Assembly (NCBI GenBank): GCA_041665345.1 | Contig: JBAYJA010000001.1 | Location: forward strand, 73,206 to 137,205 | Length of the DNA stretch: 64,000 nt | From: Patescibacteria group bacterium | GTDB taxonomy: Bacteria > Patescibacteriota > Patescibacteriia > PEXW01 | Reading direction: 5' to 3' | Part shown: piece after piece, positions 27,700 through 38,128 of the stretch | How positions within the stretch are numbered: position 1 is the stretch's first letter | Layout: the number at the start of each line of letters is the position of its first letter | Program-made: the position numbers and the translations under genes | Notes under the pieces: generated by a model | The model's database searches: none | Seen by the model: the letters and a program-made list of their open reading frames with translations, nothing else | Told to the model about the DNA's origin: nothing

Positions 27700-28782
27700 A
27701 TGTATAAACCCACTGGGTTCATCGCCCTCCCCACCCTGGGTCTGCTCATTCTTGTAGCAGCCGGCATTGCTTTTGCCTCCTGGTGGTTTGCGGGCAGGGA
27801 AGAAGCAGTAGCGCCAACCATTTCCAATTTTACGGAGTGCGCGGCAGCCGGGAATCCAGTGATGGAAAGTTACCCCCGCCAGTGTAATGCGAATGGCCAG
27901 AATTTTGTGGAGGTGATTGTGAATACGAATGCAGTGGTGAATGAGAATGTGCCCGGCGAAGCCGGGTCCGGCTCCGCCGGAAATGTTGGAGTGAACAGTA
28001 ATACCAACGCTGCGACGAACACGAATGTCGCGGTGAATGGAAATACAAATATTGTTGCAGATCCAACCGCGGGGTGGAAGACGTACACGAGTACGACGCA
28101 CGGTTTTTCGCTGAAATACCCAACAACAATGCGTGTCTTGGAAGTGAACGAAACGAATGGGATTATTCTTCGTGTTGGGGTCGCTGGTAGTTCTAATGGA
28201 GATAATATTTTAATTTATAATAAAAGTGCTAATTCTGGTATACCGTATAGTACGGTTAAAACTGGGAATGGTAGAACGTTTGTCATTTCCCATGTTGGAA
28301 CTGAGGCTGATCTAATCCTCTCCACCTTCACTATCCTTGATGCGACTAAAAATTGGAACGAGTTTACAAATAAACCCTGGGGTTTTTCCTTCAAGTACCC
28401 GAAAGAGTGGAAAGTATTGCAAAATTCTATCCAGGCAATTGATACAATGGGGCTGCCGGAAAACGTACTGAAGATCGGGGCAAGTCCACGGCCTATATTC
28501 GTATTGTATGTCGATCCAATGGGTTGGGGGGTTGGAAATGTGCACTATGCAATGACGGTAAAAAAGCAAAACGACAAATTTATCATTGTTGAAGGAAAAC
28601 CTACTGGTGCAAAAACAGGGGAATTTGGGTTAAGTGAATACTATTCAGTAAGTGTCAGGCAAGAAAATGCAGAAAATCCTCGAATATACATTAGCTTTCA
28701 TTCAGCAATAAAAGCTGAAGAATCTGCTGAATTTAATTCCTTGGTAAGACAAATTATTTCAACCTTTACTTTCACAAAGTAA
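27700..28782 (+). CDS. Membrane-anchored hypothetical protein with an Asn-rich linker and duplicated DPTAGWKTYT..YP modules; tandem paralog of the next gene.
   Basis: TM helix IALPTLGLLILVAAGIAF, linker NTNAVVNEN...NSNTNAATNTNVAVNGNTN, repeats DPTAGWKTYTSTTHGFSLKYP and KPWGFSFKYPKEW. The C-terminal half is markedly AT-richer. Confidence 0.55.
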   Translation: MYKPTGFIALPTLGLLILVAAGIAFASWWFAGREEAVAPTISNFTECAAAGNPVMESYPRQCNANGQNFVEVIVNTNAVVNENVPGEAGSGSAGNVGVNSNTNAATNTNVAVNGNTNIVADPTAGWKTYTSTTHGFSLKYPTTMRVLEVNETNGIILRVGVAGSSNGDNILIYNKSANSGIPYSTVKTGNGRTFVISHVGTEADLILSTFTILDATKNWNEFTNKPWGFSFKYPKEWKVLQNSIQAIDTMGLPENVLKIGASPRPIFVLYVDPMGWGVGNVHYAMTVKKQNDKFIIVEGKPTGAKTGEFGLSEYYSVSVRQENAENPRIYISFHSAIKAEESAEFNSLVRQIISTFTFTK

Positions 28783-28786
28783 GTAT

Positions 28787-30004
28787 ATGCATAACCACCC
28801 CAAAGGTTTTCTCCCCATCGCGGTGGTCCTGGTTGCAGTTGTTGCCGCACTGGTTGTTGCCGGTGCGTCGTACTGGTACACCAAGGATAAAGCTGAGGAA
28901 GTAGTGAATACCAATACTGCCGTCCTTACCAATACGAACACGGTGAATGAGAATGTGAATGTTGCAGTGAATAGCAACGTCAATGCGACGAACACGAATG
29001 CGGCCGTGAATAACAACACGAATGCCGCTAACGGAACAAGTAAAACGTATACGTCAGCTACACGGGGTATCTCTTTCACCTACGCGCCAACATACGCTGA
29101 CTACAAGATTTTAGTGAAAGAAACTTCAAGTATGCTCTATGTCTACACTGAGGACATGAAACCCGAAGCCGGTCAGTTTGTTCAGTGGTTTACAAAAACA
29201 GCGTCGACCCCACTGAAGTCCGCAATTGAGCAACAGTTTTTGAAAGGCTACTCGTCCGCAGATTGCTTCGTTATCACGCCTGATACATACTCTGCTTCCA
29301 AGATGGGGTCAGGTTGGAACACTGCACGCATTGCGTACCCGCCCGCAGCGGTTAACGCGGAAAATCCATGGGTCGGCGCTGAGAAGTGTCCAAAGGTATA
29401 TACTGCGAGTAATGGTCTAAGTTACTTTGCGGAGGACAAGGATGATCCAACAAAGTTTTTCTTCTTTAGTATTGGGCAGTACATGATCCCCGCTGGGTCC
29501 GCCACGGTTGGTGAAAAAGGCTGGGAGGAAACGGTCACAATTGATCCAACGGTGGGGTGGAAGACGTATACGAATATGTCCTACGGGTACTCAATAAAAT
29601 ACCCAGCTGACTGGATTTTGGATATAGCATCAATTAGCTCTGGGGATTTGTATATTCTCACTAAGGAACGACAAGAAAAGTTAGACGCGAAAAAAATGAT
29701 TAGAGTTATGGACATTGGGGTCAAGGTATACACATCGGCATCAGACTTACCAAACAATTCAGTAAAGAAGCTAGGCTTTGAGGATTGGATTGATCAAGAG
29801 GCTGACTCATATGGTTTTATCAAACGCAAATCGATCACCCTGGATGGGGTTGTAGGCTATCAAGGCGTAGGCTCTGGTGATGGTGCTTCGTACCTAATTT
29901 TTATACAAAAAAGCGGGAGGATATATGAAATCCAGACCGGTGATACGCAATCTCCTTCACAAATTGAGCAGCTGGTGATAAATTCATTTATTTTTACGGA
30001 GTAG
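28787..30004 (+). CDS. Membrane-anchored hypothetical protein, paralog of 27700..28782.
   Basis: TM helix LPIAVVLVAVVAALVVAG, linker NTNTAVLTNTNTVNENVNVAVNSNVNATNTNAAVNNNTN, modules GTSKTYTSATRGISFTYAP and DPTVGWKTYTNMSYGYSIKYPADW. Confidence 0.55.
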   Translation: MHNHPKGFLPIAVVLVAVVAALVVAGASYWYTKDKAEEVVNTNTAVLTNTNTVNENVNVAVNSNVNATNTNAAVNNNTNAANGTSKTYTSATRGISFTYAPTYADYKILVKETSSMLYVYTEDMKPEAGQFVQWFTKTASTPLKSAIEQQFLKGYSSADCFVITPDTYSASKMGSGWNTARIAYPPAAVNAENPWVGAEKCPKVYTASNGLSYFAEDKDDPTKFFFFSIGQYMIPAGSATVGEKGWEETVTIDPTVGWKTYTNMSYGYSIKYPADWILDIASISSGDLYILTKERQEKLDAKKMIRVMDIGVKVYTSASDLPNNSVKKLGFEDWIDQEADSYGFIKRKSITLDGVVGYQGVGSGDGASYLIFIQKSGRIYEIQTGDTQSPSQIEQLVINSFIFTE

Positions 30005-30202
30005 GCGCTTTCTCCGCTTAGCGTGTAGTCGCACAATCTGAAAGACTCGTTTACCATGCACAGCCATGGCGGGTTTTTTCTTTTTCTCGCGGCGTTTTAC
30101 CTTCAGGTCAAGTTTTCGTTCTTCAAGGGTAGGCATATGCATTATTCCCTAAGCGCAGGCCGCTGTGCCTGCGCGCGGGCAGGGACGCCCGCGCTGGGAA
30201 AA

Positions 30203-32047
30203 TTATAGTTTCTCCCTGATGACTTTGAACAGTGCGGGTCCCACGGCTTGTCGCAACTCCTCATCCGTCGCGCGGCGTACCCCGGCCACCGAACCAAAGG
30301 TTTGCAAAAGTTTTTTCTTCATCACTGGGCCAATACCAGGAATCGTATCCAAGGCTGATTGGATGCTTGCCTTCCGGTGCTTCCCGCGGTACCCGGCAAT
30401 GGTGAAGCGATGGGCTTCGTCGCGGATGCGTTCAATGAGGAACAAGCCGTCGGACGGATTTTGCAAACGGATGGTTGGCGCATCTGGCCGGAAAATCTTT
30501 TCTCGTTCGCCTTGCTGGGGTTCGCGGGCGTGGCCGCCTTTGGCTAGTGCAACGATTGGCACGGTAACGTCTTTTGGAATCACTTTTCGCGCCACGCTCA
30601 GCTGACCTGCGCCGCCATCGAGAATGAGTAAATCAGCCGTAGGCCAGGCAGCTGTAGGCCGTACGTTGAATGTATCTTGCTTATGGCTTACGGCTGTAGA
30701 GCTTATGGCTTCAGCATGTCCAAACCTTCGTTGTAAGACTTCAGCTAACATGGCTGGATCATTCGACCCTTGCACCGTCTTGATGGTGAAGCGGCGGTAG
30801 GCTTTCTTCTCTGGCCGGCCATCCACGAAGACCACCATGCCGCCCACGGCGTGCTCACCTTGGACATTGGCAATGTCGTAGGCCTCAATGCGGTGCGGGA
30901 TTTCTGGTAAGTCCAGAGCCTTTGTCAACTCGCGCAAGCCTTTCAGCAGCCGAGTATCATCTCGTTCAAAGCTGGCTTTCTGTTGGCGTAAAAATTCTTG
31001 GGCATTGAGGTTGCTCACGGCCAAGAGTTTCTTTACCCTGCCGCGCTGGGGGATGAAAGGTTCGGCGCTGGTGACATTGTGGAACGCCTTGGACAGTTTC
31101 AGTGGAAAGGGGAGTGCCAAGCGTGCCGGCGGGTCTGTCACCTGGGTGTAGAATTGTTCCAGGAAACTGGCCAAGACATTTTCCGGTGTTTCATCCAGGA
31201 CATGCTGGAGCAAGACCACCTGCTTATCGATCATTTTCCCATTGCGAATGATCAAGCGATTGGTGGCGGCCAGCCCGCCTTCGGCGGCGTAGCCAATCAC
31301 ATCCACATTTTCTCGGCTCAGCAGAATGGCGTGCTGCCGTTCCATAATCTTGTGGATGGCGCGGAGTCGGTCCCGTGCCAAAGCCGCGCGTTCAAATTGC
31401 TTTGCCGCACTAGCTTTCGTCATCTGGCTTTGAAGTTGCTTTTCAATCTCCTTCGTCTGGCCACCCAAAAAGCGCATGAGCTGTTGAATAACTTCTCGGT
31501 ACCGAGCCTTGCTGGCTTCATTTGTCCCATGCCCCAAGCAGCGGTGGAGGTGGAATTCAAAGCAAGGTTTCTCCGGCGAGTTGGTACAATTTTTGTACGG
31601 GAATACTTTTTTGAGGAGCTTCAGGGTTTCATACACCGCACCCGCAGACATGTATGGCCCGTAGTACCGACTGCCGTCTTTGCTCAACCGGCGTACGGTG
31701 GTGACTGAAGGAAATTGTTCCGCTAAAGCAATTTTAATGTGCAAAAAGTTTTTATCATCCCGCATCACAATGTTGTACGGCGGGTGGAGCTGCTTGATGC
31801 GCGTGGTTTCCAGCATCAGGGCTTCTAATTCGCTGCTGGTCACAATCGTGTCTAGCTTCGCAATCTTGCTCACCATAATCCGTTTTGCCTGCGACAAGCT
31901 GGACTTCTTGCTGAAGTATGAGCCAACCCGTGATTTCAGGCTGGTGGCTTTGCCCACGTATAAAATTTCGCCCTTCTCGTCAGAAAAGGTATAGACGCCG
32001 GGCTTGGCCGGTAGGACTTGCAGTTGGCGTTTCAGAGCAGGGGACAT
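30203..32047 (-). CDS. uvrC: Excinuclease ABC subunit C.
   Basis: GIY-YIG N-terminus KPGVYTFSDEKGEILYVGKA, UvrBC-interaction region, RNase H-like endonuclease and (HhH)2 C-terminal domains. Start chosen at MSPALKRQ. Confidence 0.9.
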   Translation of the reverse strand: MSPALKRQLQVLPAKPGVYTFSDEKGEILYVGKATSLKSRVGSYFSKKSSLSQAKRIMVSKIAKLDTIVTSSELEALMLETTRIKQLHPPYNIVMRDDKNFLHIKIALAEQFPSVTTVRRLSKDGSRYYGPYMSAGAVYETLKLLKKVFPYKNCTNSPEKPCFEFHLHRCLGHGTNEASKARYREVIQQLMRFLGGQTKEIEKQLQSQMTKASAAKQFERAALARDRLRAIHKIMERQHAILLSRENVDVIGYAAEGGLAATNRLIIRNGKMIDKQVVLLQHVLDETPENVLASFLEQFYTQVTDPPARLALPFPLKLSKAFHNVTSAEPFIPQRGRVKKLLAVSNLNAQEFLRQQKASFERDDTRLLKGLRELTKALDLPEIPHRIEAYDIANVQGEHAVGGMVVFVDGRPEKKAYRRFTIKTVQGSNDPAMLAEVLQRRFGHAEAISSTAVSHKQDTFNVRPTAAWPTADLLILDGGAGQLSVARKVIPKDVTVPIVALAKGGHAREPQQGEREKIFRPDAPTIRLQNPSDGLFLIERIRDEAHRFTIAGYRGKHRKASIQSALDTIPGIGPVMKKKLLQTFGSVAGVRRATDEELRQAVGPALFKVIREKL

Positions 32048-32192
32048 GAGGGGAGTATAGCAAGCTGCGAAAAGGGTTTGGGTGGTGGTGTGGCGGCGAG
32101 TATGGGTATGGTATAAGGTTGGAGGTTTTCCAAATCGCTCCACCCTTTAACCCCACTCGCTGCCACACCTAAACCCCCACCGCTCCATAGCC

Positions 32193-32221
32193 CTTGACCT
32201 CCCTTGACACGCCGTGTATAC
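32193..32221 (+). promoter_or_regulatory. sigma70-type promoter for uvrA: TTGACC-N17-TATACT.
   Basis: Hexamers at 32193-32198 and 32216-32221. Confidence 0.5.
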
Positions 32222-32232
32222 TGCTCCCACTC

Positions 32233-32248
32233 TGCTGCACCTGTGCAG
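32233..32248. promoter_or_regulatory. Perfect 7-bp inverted repeat GCTGCAC-CT-GTGCAGC between the -10 and the uvrA start codon; candidate operator, possibly SOS-type.
   Basis: Palindrome located 12 nt downstream of the -10 hexamer. Confidence 0.35.
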
Positions 32249-32274
32249 CGTCGCTCAACCAACCACCCCATTCT

Positions 32275-35145
32275 ATGGCCGATGTCATCAAGATCCGCGG
32301 TGCTCGGGTGCATAATCTAAAGAATGTTTCCCTGGATATCCCACGGAACGCCTTTGTGGTTTTTACCGGTCTATCCGGTTCCGGTAAATCCTCACTGGCG
32401 TTTGACACGATTTACGCCGAAGGCCAGCGCCGGTACGTGGAATCCCTGTCCGCGTACGCGCGGCAGTTCTTGGGGCTCATGGACAAGCCAGATGTAGACC
32501 AAATTGACGGTTTGTCACCCGCAATTTCCATTGACCAAAAATCCACGTCCCACAATCCACGTTCCACCGTGGGCACGGTGACGGAAGTGTACGACTACCT
32601 ACGCCTGCTCTACGCCCGCGTGGGTGTGCCGCACTGTCCTACCTGTGGCCGGAAAGTGCAGCGGCAAACTACGGAGCAAATTCGGAATCAGGTACTGAGC
32701 AGCCCTAAAGGGACGCCCATTCTCGTCTTGGCGCCCATGGTGCGGGACATGAAAGGGGAGCACAAGCACGTGTTTGCGGATGTGCGCAAAGCAGGGTTTG
32801 TCCGCGTGCGTTTGGATAACGTGGTGGTCTCCCTGGATGAGGCTGAGCAGGTTGAACTCAACAAGCACAAGAAGCACAGCATTGAAATTGTCATTGACCG
32901 GCTGACCATTGAGCCCGATATGGACAAGCAGCGGTTAACTGAATCGTTGGAAACTGCTGGACGCTTGGGCAAAGGCTTGATTGTGGTGGCGAAAGGAGCC
33001 CCTGGCACTGATCCAACGAGAAAAGCAAAAGACAGCCTGTTCAGCCAGCACTTCGTCTGCCCGCACGACGGCACCAACCTGCCGCCGGTGGAGCCCCGCA
33101 ATTTTTCTTTCAACAATCCACACGGTGCGTGTGCGGAGTGTACGGGTTTGGGCACGAAGTTGGAAATTGATCCGCAGCTCGTCATCCCAAATCCAAAACT
33201 CTCCATTGCCGAAGGCGCCATTCGCCCGTGGTCCCGTACTGCTTCCAACCAAACCTGGTACACCAGGATTTTGGACGCGGTGCTGGCTAACCTGGGTACC
33301 TCTGGCCGCATTCCGGTGAAAGATCTGCCCAAGAAAGTGCTGGACGTGGTACTGCATGGCGCAGGCGACAAAGAGTTTGACGTGAACAACCCCACCGGCC
33401 AAGGCAAGGTGAAAGCCTTCATGACCACGTATGAAGGAGTTATTCCAAACCTCATGCGCCGGTACCGGGAAACCGATTCAGACTACATCCGTTCGGAAAT
33501 CGAACGCTACATGCGCGTGTGGCCCTGCCCCACCTGCAAAGGCCGCCGCTTGAAGCAAGAAGTGCTGGGCGTGCTCATTCAGGACAAAAATATTTCTGAA
33601 ATCACCTCACTGACTGTAGAAAAAGCCAGCGCCTTCTTCGCGAGCTTAGCCAAGCCCAAAGTGCTCAGCGACCGGGACATGATTATTGCCAAGCAAATTC
33701 TCAAAGAGATTCGCGCGCGCTTGGGTTTCCTGAGCAACGTGGGTTTGGACTACCTCACCCTGGATCGTGCTGCCTCCACCCTCTCCGGTGGGGAAGCACA
33801 GCGCATTCGCTTAGCCACGCAAATTGGGTCGTCCCTGGTGGGGGTGCTGTACATTCTGGATGAGCCATCCATTGGTTTGCACCAGAAGGACAATGCGAAG
33901 CTCATTTCCACTTTGCAGACGTTGCGAGATTTGGGGAACACGGTTTTGGTGGTGGAGCATGATGAAGAAACCATTGAAGCCGCAGACTACGTGGTGGACA
34001 TTGGGCCCGGCGCAGGGGAGCACGGAGGTACCGTGGTCGCTGCTGGGACACCTGCCGAGATTAAGAAGAACAAGCATTCCTTAACCGGGCAGTACCTCTC
34101 GGGCAAGAAATTCATTCCTATTCCCAAGGTGTCCCGGAAAGGGAATGGGAAGTTCATCACCATCAAAGGCGCCAAGGAATTCAACTTGCAAAACCTTACG
34201 GTGCACATCCCACTTGGCACTTTCGTCTGCGTCACGGGTGTGTCTGGTTCTGGGAAGTCAACGCTCATCACCGACATTCTCTCCCGCGCGCTGGGCCAGC
34301 ACTTCTACAATGCCAAAGACATGCCAGGGGCGCACGACACCATCACCGGCATTGATCATTTAGACAAGGTCATTACCATTGACCAGTCACCCATTGGCCG
34401 CACGCCGCGTTCGAATCCAGCCACCTACACGGGCGTGTTCACTCCCATTCGCGATCTGTTCACCCAAATTCCAGAAGCGAAAGTCCGCGGGTTTGGTCCA
34501 GGTCGCTTCTCCTTCAACGTTCCGGGTGGCCGCTGCGAAGCCTGCCAAGGTGACGGCCTGGTGCGCATTGAAATGCACTTCCTGCCAGACGTGTACGTGG
34601 AGTGCGAAGAGTGTCATGGCAAGCGCTACACCAGCCAGGTGCTGGAAATTCTCTACAAGGGCAAGAACATTGCCGACGTGCTGAGCATGACCGTGGAAGA
34701 AGCCTTGCAATTTTTCCGGCACATTCCCGCCATAAAAGGAAAATTGCAGACGCTGATGGAAGTGGGTCTGGGCTATGTGCACCTGGGTCAATCCGCCACT
34801 ACCCTCTCCGGCGGGGAAGCGCAGCGCGTGAAATTGGCCACCGAACTTTCTCGGCGCGCCACCGGGCGGACGCTGTACATTCTGGATGAGCCAACCACTG
34901 GTCTGCACGTGGACGATGTTGCTCGTCTACTCGCTGTATTGAATCAGCTTGTTGAAAAAGGAAATACCGTATTAGTCATTGAGCACAACCTGGACGTCAT
35001 TAAGAGCGCCGACTGGGTTATTGATCTGGGTCCAGGCGGTGGCGACAAAGGCGGCAAGCTCGTCGCCGCAGGCACGCCCCGACAAGTCGCGAAAGTGAAA
35101 GCCAGTGCGACAGCGCAGGCCTTGAAGGCGGTACTGGAGAAGTAA
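32275..35145 (+). CDS. uvrA: Excinuclease ABC subunit A.
   Basis: Two ABC ATPase modules with Walker A motifs [10 protein letters not shown] and [10 protein letters not shown], signature LSGGEAQR twice, and zinc-finger Cys clusters. Start chosen at [15 protein letters not shown]. Confidence 0.95.
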   Translation: MADVIKIRGARVHNLKNVSLDIPRNAFVVFTGLSGSGKSSLAFDTIYAEGQRRYVESLSAYARQFLGLMDKPDVDQIDGLSPAISIDQKSTSHNPRSTVGTVTEVYDYLRLLYARVGVPHCPTCGRKVQRQTTEQIRNQVLSSPKGTPILVLAPMVRDMKGEHKHVFADVRKAGFVRVRLDNVVVSLDEAEQVELNKHKKHSIEIVIDRLTIEPDMDKQRLTESLETAGRLGKGLIVVAKGAPGTDPTRKAKDSLFSQHFVCPHDGTNLPPVEPRNFSFNNPHGACAECTGLGTKLEIDPQLVIPNPKLSIAEGAIRPWSRTASNQTWYTRILDAVLANLGTSGRIPVKDLPKKVLDVVLHGAGDKEFDVNNPTGQGKVKAFMTTYEGVIPNLMRRYRETDSDYIRSEIERYMRVWPCPTCKGRRLKQEVLGVLIQDKNISEITSLTVEKASAFFASLAKPKVLSDRDMIIAKQILKEIRARLGFLSNVGLDYLTLDRAASTLSGGEAQRIRLATQIGSSLVGVLYILDEPSIGLHQKDNAKLISTLQTLRDLGNTVLVVEHDEETIEAADYVVDIGPGAGEHGGTVVAAGTPAEIKKNKHSLTGQYLSGKKFIPIPKVSRKGNGKFITIKGAKEFNLQNLTVHIPLGTFVCVTGVSGSGKSTLITDILSRALGQHFYNAKDMPGAHDTITGIDHLDKVITIDQSPIGRTPRSNPATYTGVFTPIRDLFTQIPEAKVRGFGPGRFSFNVPGGRCEACQGDGLVRIEMHFLPDVYVECEECHGKRYTSQVLEILYKGKNIADVLSMTVEEALQFFRHIPAIKGKLQTLMEVGLGYVHLGQSATTLSGGEAQRVKLATELSRRATGRTLYILDEPTTGLHVDDVARLLAVLNQLVEKGNTVLVIEHNLDVIKSADWVIDLGPGGGDKGGKLVAAGTPRQVAKVKASATAQALKAVLEK

Positions 35146-35164
35146 GTATGTTGTGAAAAAGAAA

Positions 35165-35190
35165 GCCCCGACCTGGTGAGAGGCCGGGGA
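35165..35190. terminator. Hairpin terminator between convergent uvrA and 35192..35443.
   Basis: GCCCCGACC-N8-GGCCGGGG preceded by AAAAAGAAA. Confidence 0.5.
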
Positions 35191-35191
35191 C

Positions 35192-35443
35192 TTAGGGCAA
35201 TAGCGCTTTAAGAGCTCGCTTCACTGCGATAGCAGCATTGTAAGGAAAGTGCTTATTTCGCTCTGCTAATTTTCGGTCAATCGCCTCTTGAATGTCTTGG
35301 CGATAGATCTTGAATTTTTTTGAGCCATTAAACGACAAATTTACTGAACTTTTGCTGCACGAGTTCACAACGATGACACATTTTGCCCCCTTATGGTCAA
35401 TAGTTGTTTGCTCACCAGGCTTGACGGTGAGATTGAGGGGCAT
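35192..35443 (-). CDS. Small protein, 83 aa; weak resemblance to the carbon-storage regulator CsrA fold.
   Basis: RBS GGAGG upstream. N-terminus LNLTVKPGEQTTI resembles the CsrA L.L[ST].K..E...I pattern. The diagnostic GxxxxAP...R.EI motif is only partly present. Confidence 0.35.
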   Translation of the reverse strand: MPLNLTVKPGEQTTIDHKGAKCVIVVNSCSKSSVNLSFNGSKKFKIYRQDIQEAIDRKLAERNKHFPYNAAIAVKRALKALLP

Positions 35444-35545
35444 GTTGTGCCTCCGTTGAAGTAAGAACCAGGTTGGTGTGGATTTTTGGGAAACTTGTTT
35501 GAGTTCGGGGAGTATACCAGGAGTTGGGGGAATGTCAAGGATGCA

Positions 35546-35608
35546 GTTACGAAATACGAATATGGTTACGAATTACGAAATAAAGATACGAAACTACGAA
35601 TGTACGAA
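35546..35608. repeat. Tandem heptamer array (W)TACGAA, about eight units.
   Basis: TTACGAAATACGAATATGGTTACGAATTACGAAATAAAGATACGAAACTACGAATGTACGAAT, then GGGGAGGGAATGGG. A 28-nt block is identical to part of the 2038..2080 array. Confidence 0.6.
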
Positions 35609-35828
35609 TGGGGAGGGAATGGGAATACGGTGTGCAAGATTGTGCAACGTTTCCCTCGCCCTTTGAGGGAGAGGGAACAAGGGAGAGGGGGAGGCGGTTT
35701 GGGTGTGGCGGCGAGTGGGGTTATAGGGTATAGGCGTAGGTTGGTCCAAAGACCATTTTCCAAACCATCTACCCTAACGAGCCTCCATACCCTTCACCCC
35801 TGCCCCTGCTTCAAGGTAGGATACCAGC

Positions 35829-36755
35829 ATGACCCCTGTGGAAACCGCCATCCTCCGAACCCTTGCCTACTTCGACATTTTTTCCTACCCGCTGACCAGT
35901 TGGGAGCTGTGGAAGTGGGGGATTGGTGAGTTAGGGAAAGGTTTGGATTTTTCTCAGTTGCAACAAGCTTTCCGAAACAGTCCAATACTTCAATCCAAAA
36001 TTGGTCACCAGCACGGTTTTTTCTTTCTTCAGGGTCATGAGGAAATTATTGCCACGCGCCAAGCGCGGTACCGGTTGGCGTTACTCAAAGCCAAACGTGC
36101 CAGGCGGATTGTCCGCACGCTGGTGCGATTTCCATTCATCCAAGCTGTTGCATTGTGCAACTCCATGGGTTTGGCCAACGCTCGGCCGGAGAGCGACTTG
36201 GATCTTTTCATTCTCTGTAAACCCGGCCATGTGTGGCTGGTGCGCTTTTTCACCACGGCCTACGCGCGGCTCCGAAACATTCGGCCCCAGCCAGAGCATC
36301 GAGAAGATACCGTGTGCCTATCTTTCTTTTTGAGCACGGACCAACTATCGTTGCAGCCATACCTGTTGCCGGACGATCCATACTTTACTATGTGGCTGGC
36401 AACCTTGGTGCCGCTGCATGACCCAGCCGGATACTTCCCCCGGCTCTGGCAGGCAAACCCCTGGTGCGCGGAAAAGCTCCCGCACGCTCAGCCACGCGCG
36501 CTCGCGCCGCAGCGGGCTGTGTCCACCAGTTGGGTGGCCCGCGTGCTGGCGCCCGTCGTAGGTTGGCACTGGGTGGAACGTCTGGTTGCAAAAATCCAAC
36601 GTCGCATTCTCCCTGCACACCTCAAAGCACTGGCAAATCAGGACACGCGGGTGGTGATGAATAACCACATCCTCAAGTTTCATGACAACGACCGACGGGC
36701 GCAGTATGCGCAAGCATACCGCGAGCGCGCTGCCTCGGTTGGTGCGCCACTATGA
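35829..36755 (+). CDS. Hypothetical protein with a nucleotidyltransferase-fold-like motif.
   Basis: GLANARPESDLDLFI resembles the GS/GG...D.D motif of the polymerase-beta nucleotidyltransferase superfamily. It overlaps the next gene by 4 nt. Confidence 0.5.
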   Translation: MTPVETAILRTLAYFDIFSYPLTSWELWKWGIGELGKGLDFSQLQQAFRNSPILQSKIGHQHGFFFLQGHEEIIATRQARYRLALLKAKRARRIVRTLVRFPFIQAVALCNSMGLANARPESDLDLFILCKPGHVWLVRFFTTAYARLRNIRPQPEHREDTVCLSFFLSTDQLSLQPYLLPDDPYFTMWLATLVPLHDPAGYFPRLWQANPWCAEKLPHAQPRALAPQRAVSTSWVARVLAPVVGWHWVERLVAKIQRRILPAHLKALANQDTRVVMNNHILKFHDNDRRAQYAQAYRERAASVGAPL

Positions 36756-38128
36756 AACGCCTGGCCGCCATTGTTGGTTGGGGAGTTTGCCTGTACGTTT
36801 TCCTCTTGCCATGGCAAACCCGCTGGATTGCAGTGGCTGGGCAGTTGGGCAGTGGTACGTCTGAATTCCTCAGCGTCAGTGTGTACGCCACCGATCTCCT
36901 GCTTGTTGCGCTCTTTCTCGTCGGCGCGTACATCACTCTCTCCCCACGTTGGGGTGACCGGCGCGTGCTTGCCGGGATTCTGGCCTTTGCTCTGGTGGTG
37001 GTTGGTTCTGCGGTCATGGCGAATCGGACCGAACTGGTGGTCACGAGTTGGCGCCTGCTGCTCATTGGCGTGCTGCTGTACTGGATGGTGCAGCAAGCCT
37101 GGGTGTCACGTCAGCACCTAGTCATCGCCTTTGTGGCTGGCGCCACGCTCCAGGCTGGTTTTGGCCTAGTGCAGTTTTTCTCGCAAATCACCCCGGCACT
37201 AAGTTGGCTCGGGCTGGCCGCACATGACCCAGGGATGTTAGGCACATCCGTGGTGGAAGCCGGGGGCGAGCGGTGGCTGCGGGCGTACGGCAGCTTGCCC
37301 CACCCAAATATTCTTGGGGGTTACCTGGCCGTCGGCTTGCTCATGGCTTTTGGTTTGTACCTGCAGCGGTACCAGCACGTTCGGGAAGGGTTTCAATTGT
37401 GGAAGCGAGAGAATATTCACCGCTACCTGGAAGGGAAACGTTGGTACTGGAAGCAGGCGCTGCATATTCTCATCCTTTTACTGGCCTCCACCATCCTCGT
37501 ACTAGGGTTACTGCTGACGTTCTCACGCTCAGCTTGGATTGGCTTTGCCGTCGCCTGGGTACTCACCCTTGGCATTCTGCACCAGCTTCGGTGGCCCTGG
37601 GGACAGTGGCTGTGGTTCAAGTGGTCCGTGGTCATGGGCTGCATTGCCGTAGTTCTCATTACTGTCCTCCCACAGCCTTTCCTCACCCGCGCTACAGGCG
37701 AAGGTCGGCTGGAAGCACAGTCCGTGGATGTTCGGGAACAACTTATCACTGACGCACGAACCCTTCTCGCAAAACATCCGTTGCGTGGCGTTGGGTATGG
37801 CAATGCCGTGGCCGCTACGTACGACCAAATCAACCGTACTCGGGCAGTGACCGCCTACCAGCCAGTGCACAATATGTACCTGCTCAGTTTAGTTGAGCTC
37901 GGCACCATTGGCGGCCTGGTCTTCTTCGCGCTCATTGTCCTCATTGGCCGAGCCGGGGTGGAGACACTGGTTCGGGGTCGGTCAGCTTTTGCGCTTATGA
38001 GTCTCAGCGCATTTGTCTGCCTGCTCATCGTTGGTTTATTCGACCACTATCTCTGGACATTATCAGCGGGGGTAGGGCTCTGGTGGCTGGTGGCGGGGTT
38101 GGTGGGGAGGGGAGAAAGAGAGCAATAA
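36752..38128 (+). CDS. O-antigen ligase (Wzy_C) family polytopic membrane protein.
   Basis: About 10-12 TM helices, with LTFSRSAW and YGSLPHPNILGGYL motifs in the large periplasmic loop. Confidence 0.75.
   Translation: MKRLAAIVGWGVCLYVFLLPWQTRWIAVAGQLGSGTSEFLSVSVYATDLLLVALFLVGAYITLSPRWGDRRVLAGILAFALVVVGSAVMANRTELVVTSWRLLLIGVLLYWMVQQAWVSRQHLVIAFVAGATLQAGFGLVQFFSQITPALSWLGLAAHDPGMLGTSVVEAGGERWLRAYGSLPHPNILGGYLAVGLLMAFGLYLQRYQHVREGFQLWKRENIHRYLEGKRWYWKQALHILILLLASTILVLGLLLTFSRSAWIGFAVAWVLTLGILHQLRWPWGQWLWFKWSVVMGCIAVVLITVLPQPFLTRATGEGRLEAQSVDVREQLITDARTLLAKHPLRGVGYGNAVAATYDQINRTRAVTAYQPVHNMYLLSLVELGTIGGLVFFALIVLIGRAGVETLVRGRSAFALMSLSAFVCLLIVGLFDHYLWTLSAGVGLWWLVAGLVGRGEREQ

Noticed and set aside
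32194-32274. Longer uvrA start at 32194 from the ORF track
   Set aside because: That extension overlaps the -35/-10 promoter and the palindrome, and encodes a Cys/Leu-rich non-conserved peptide. The conserved UvrA N-terminus begins at [15 protein letters not shown] (32275).
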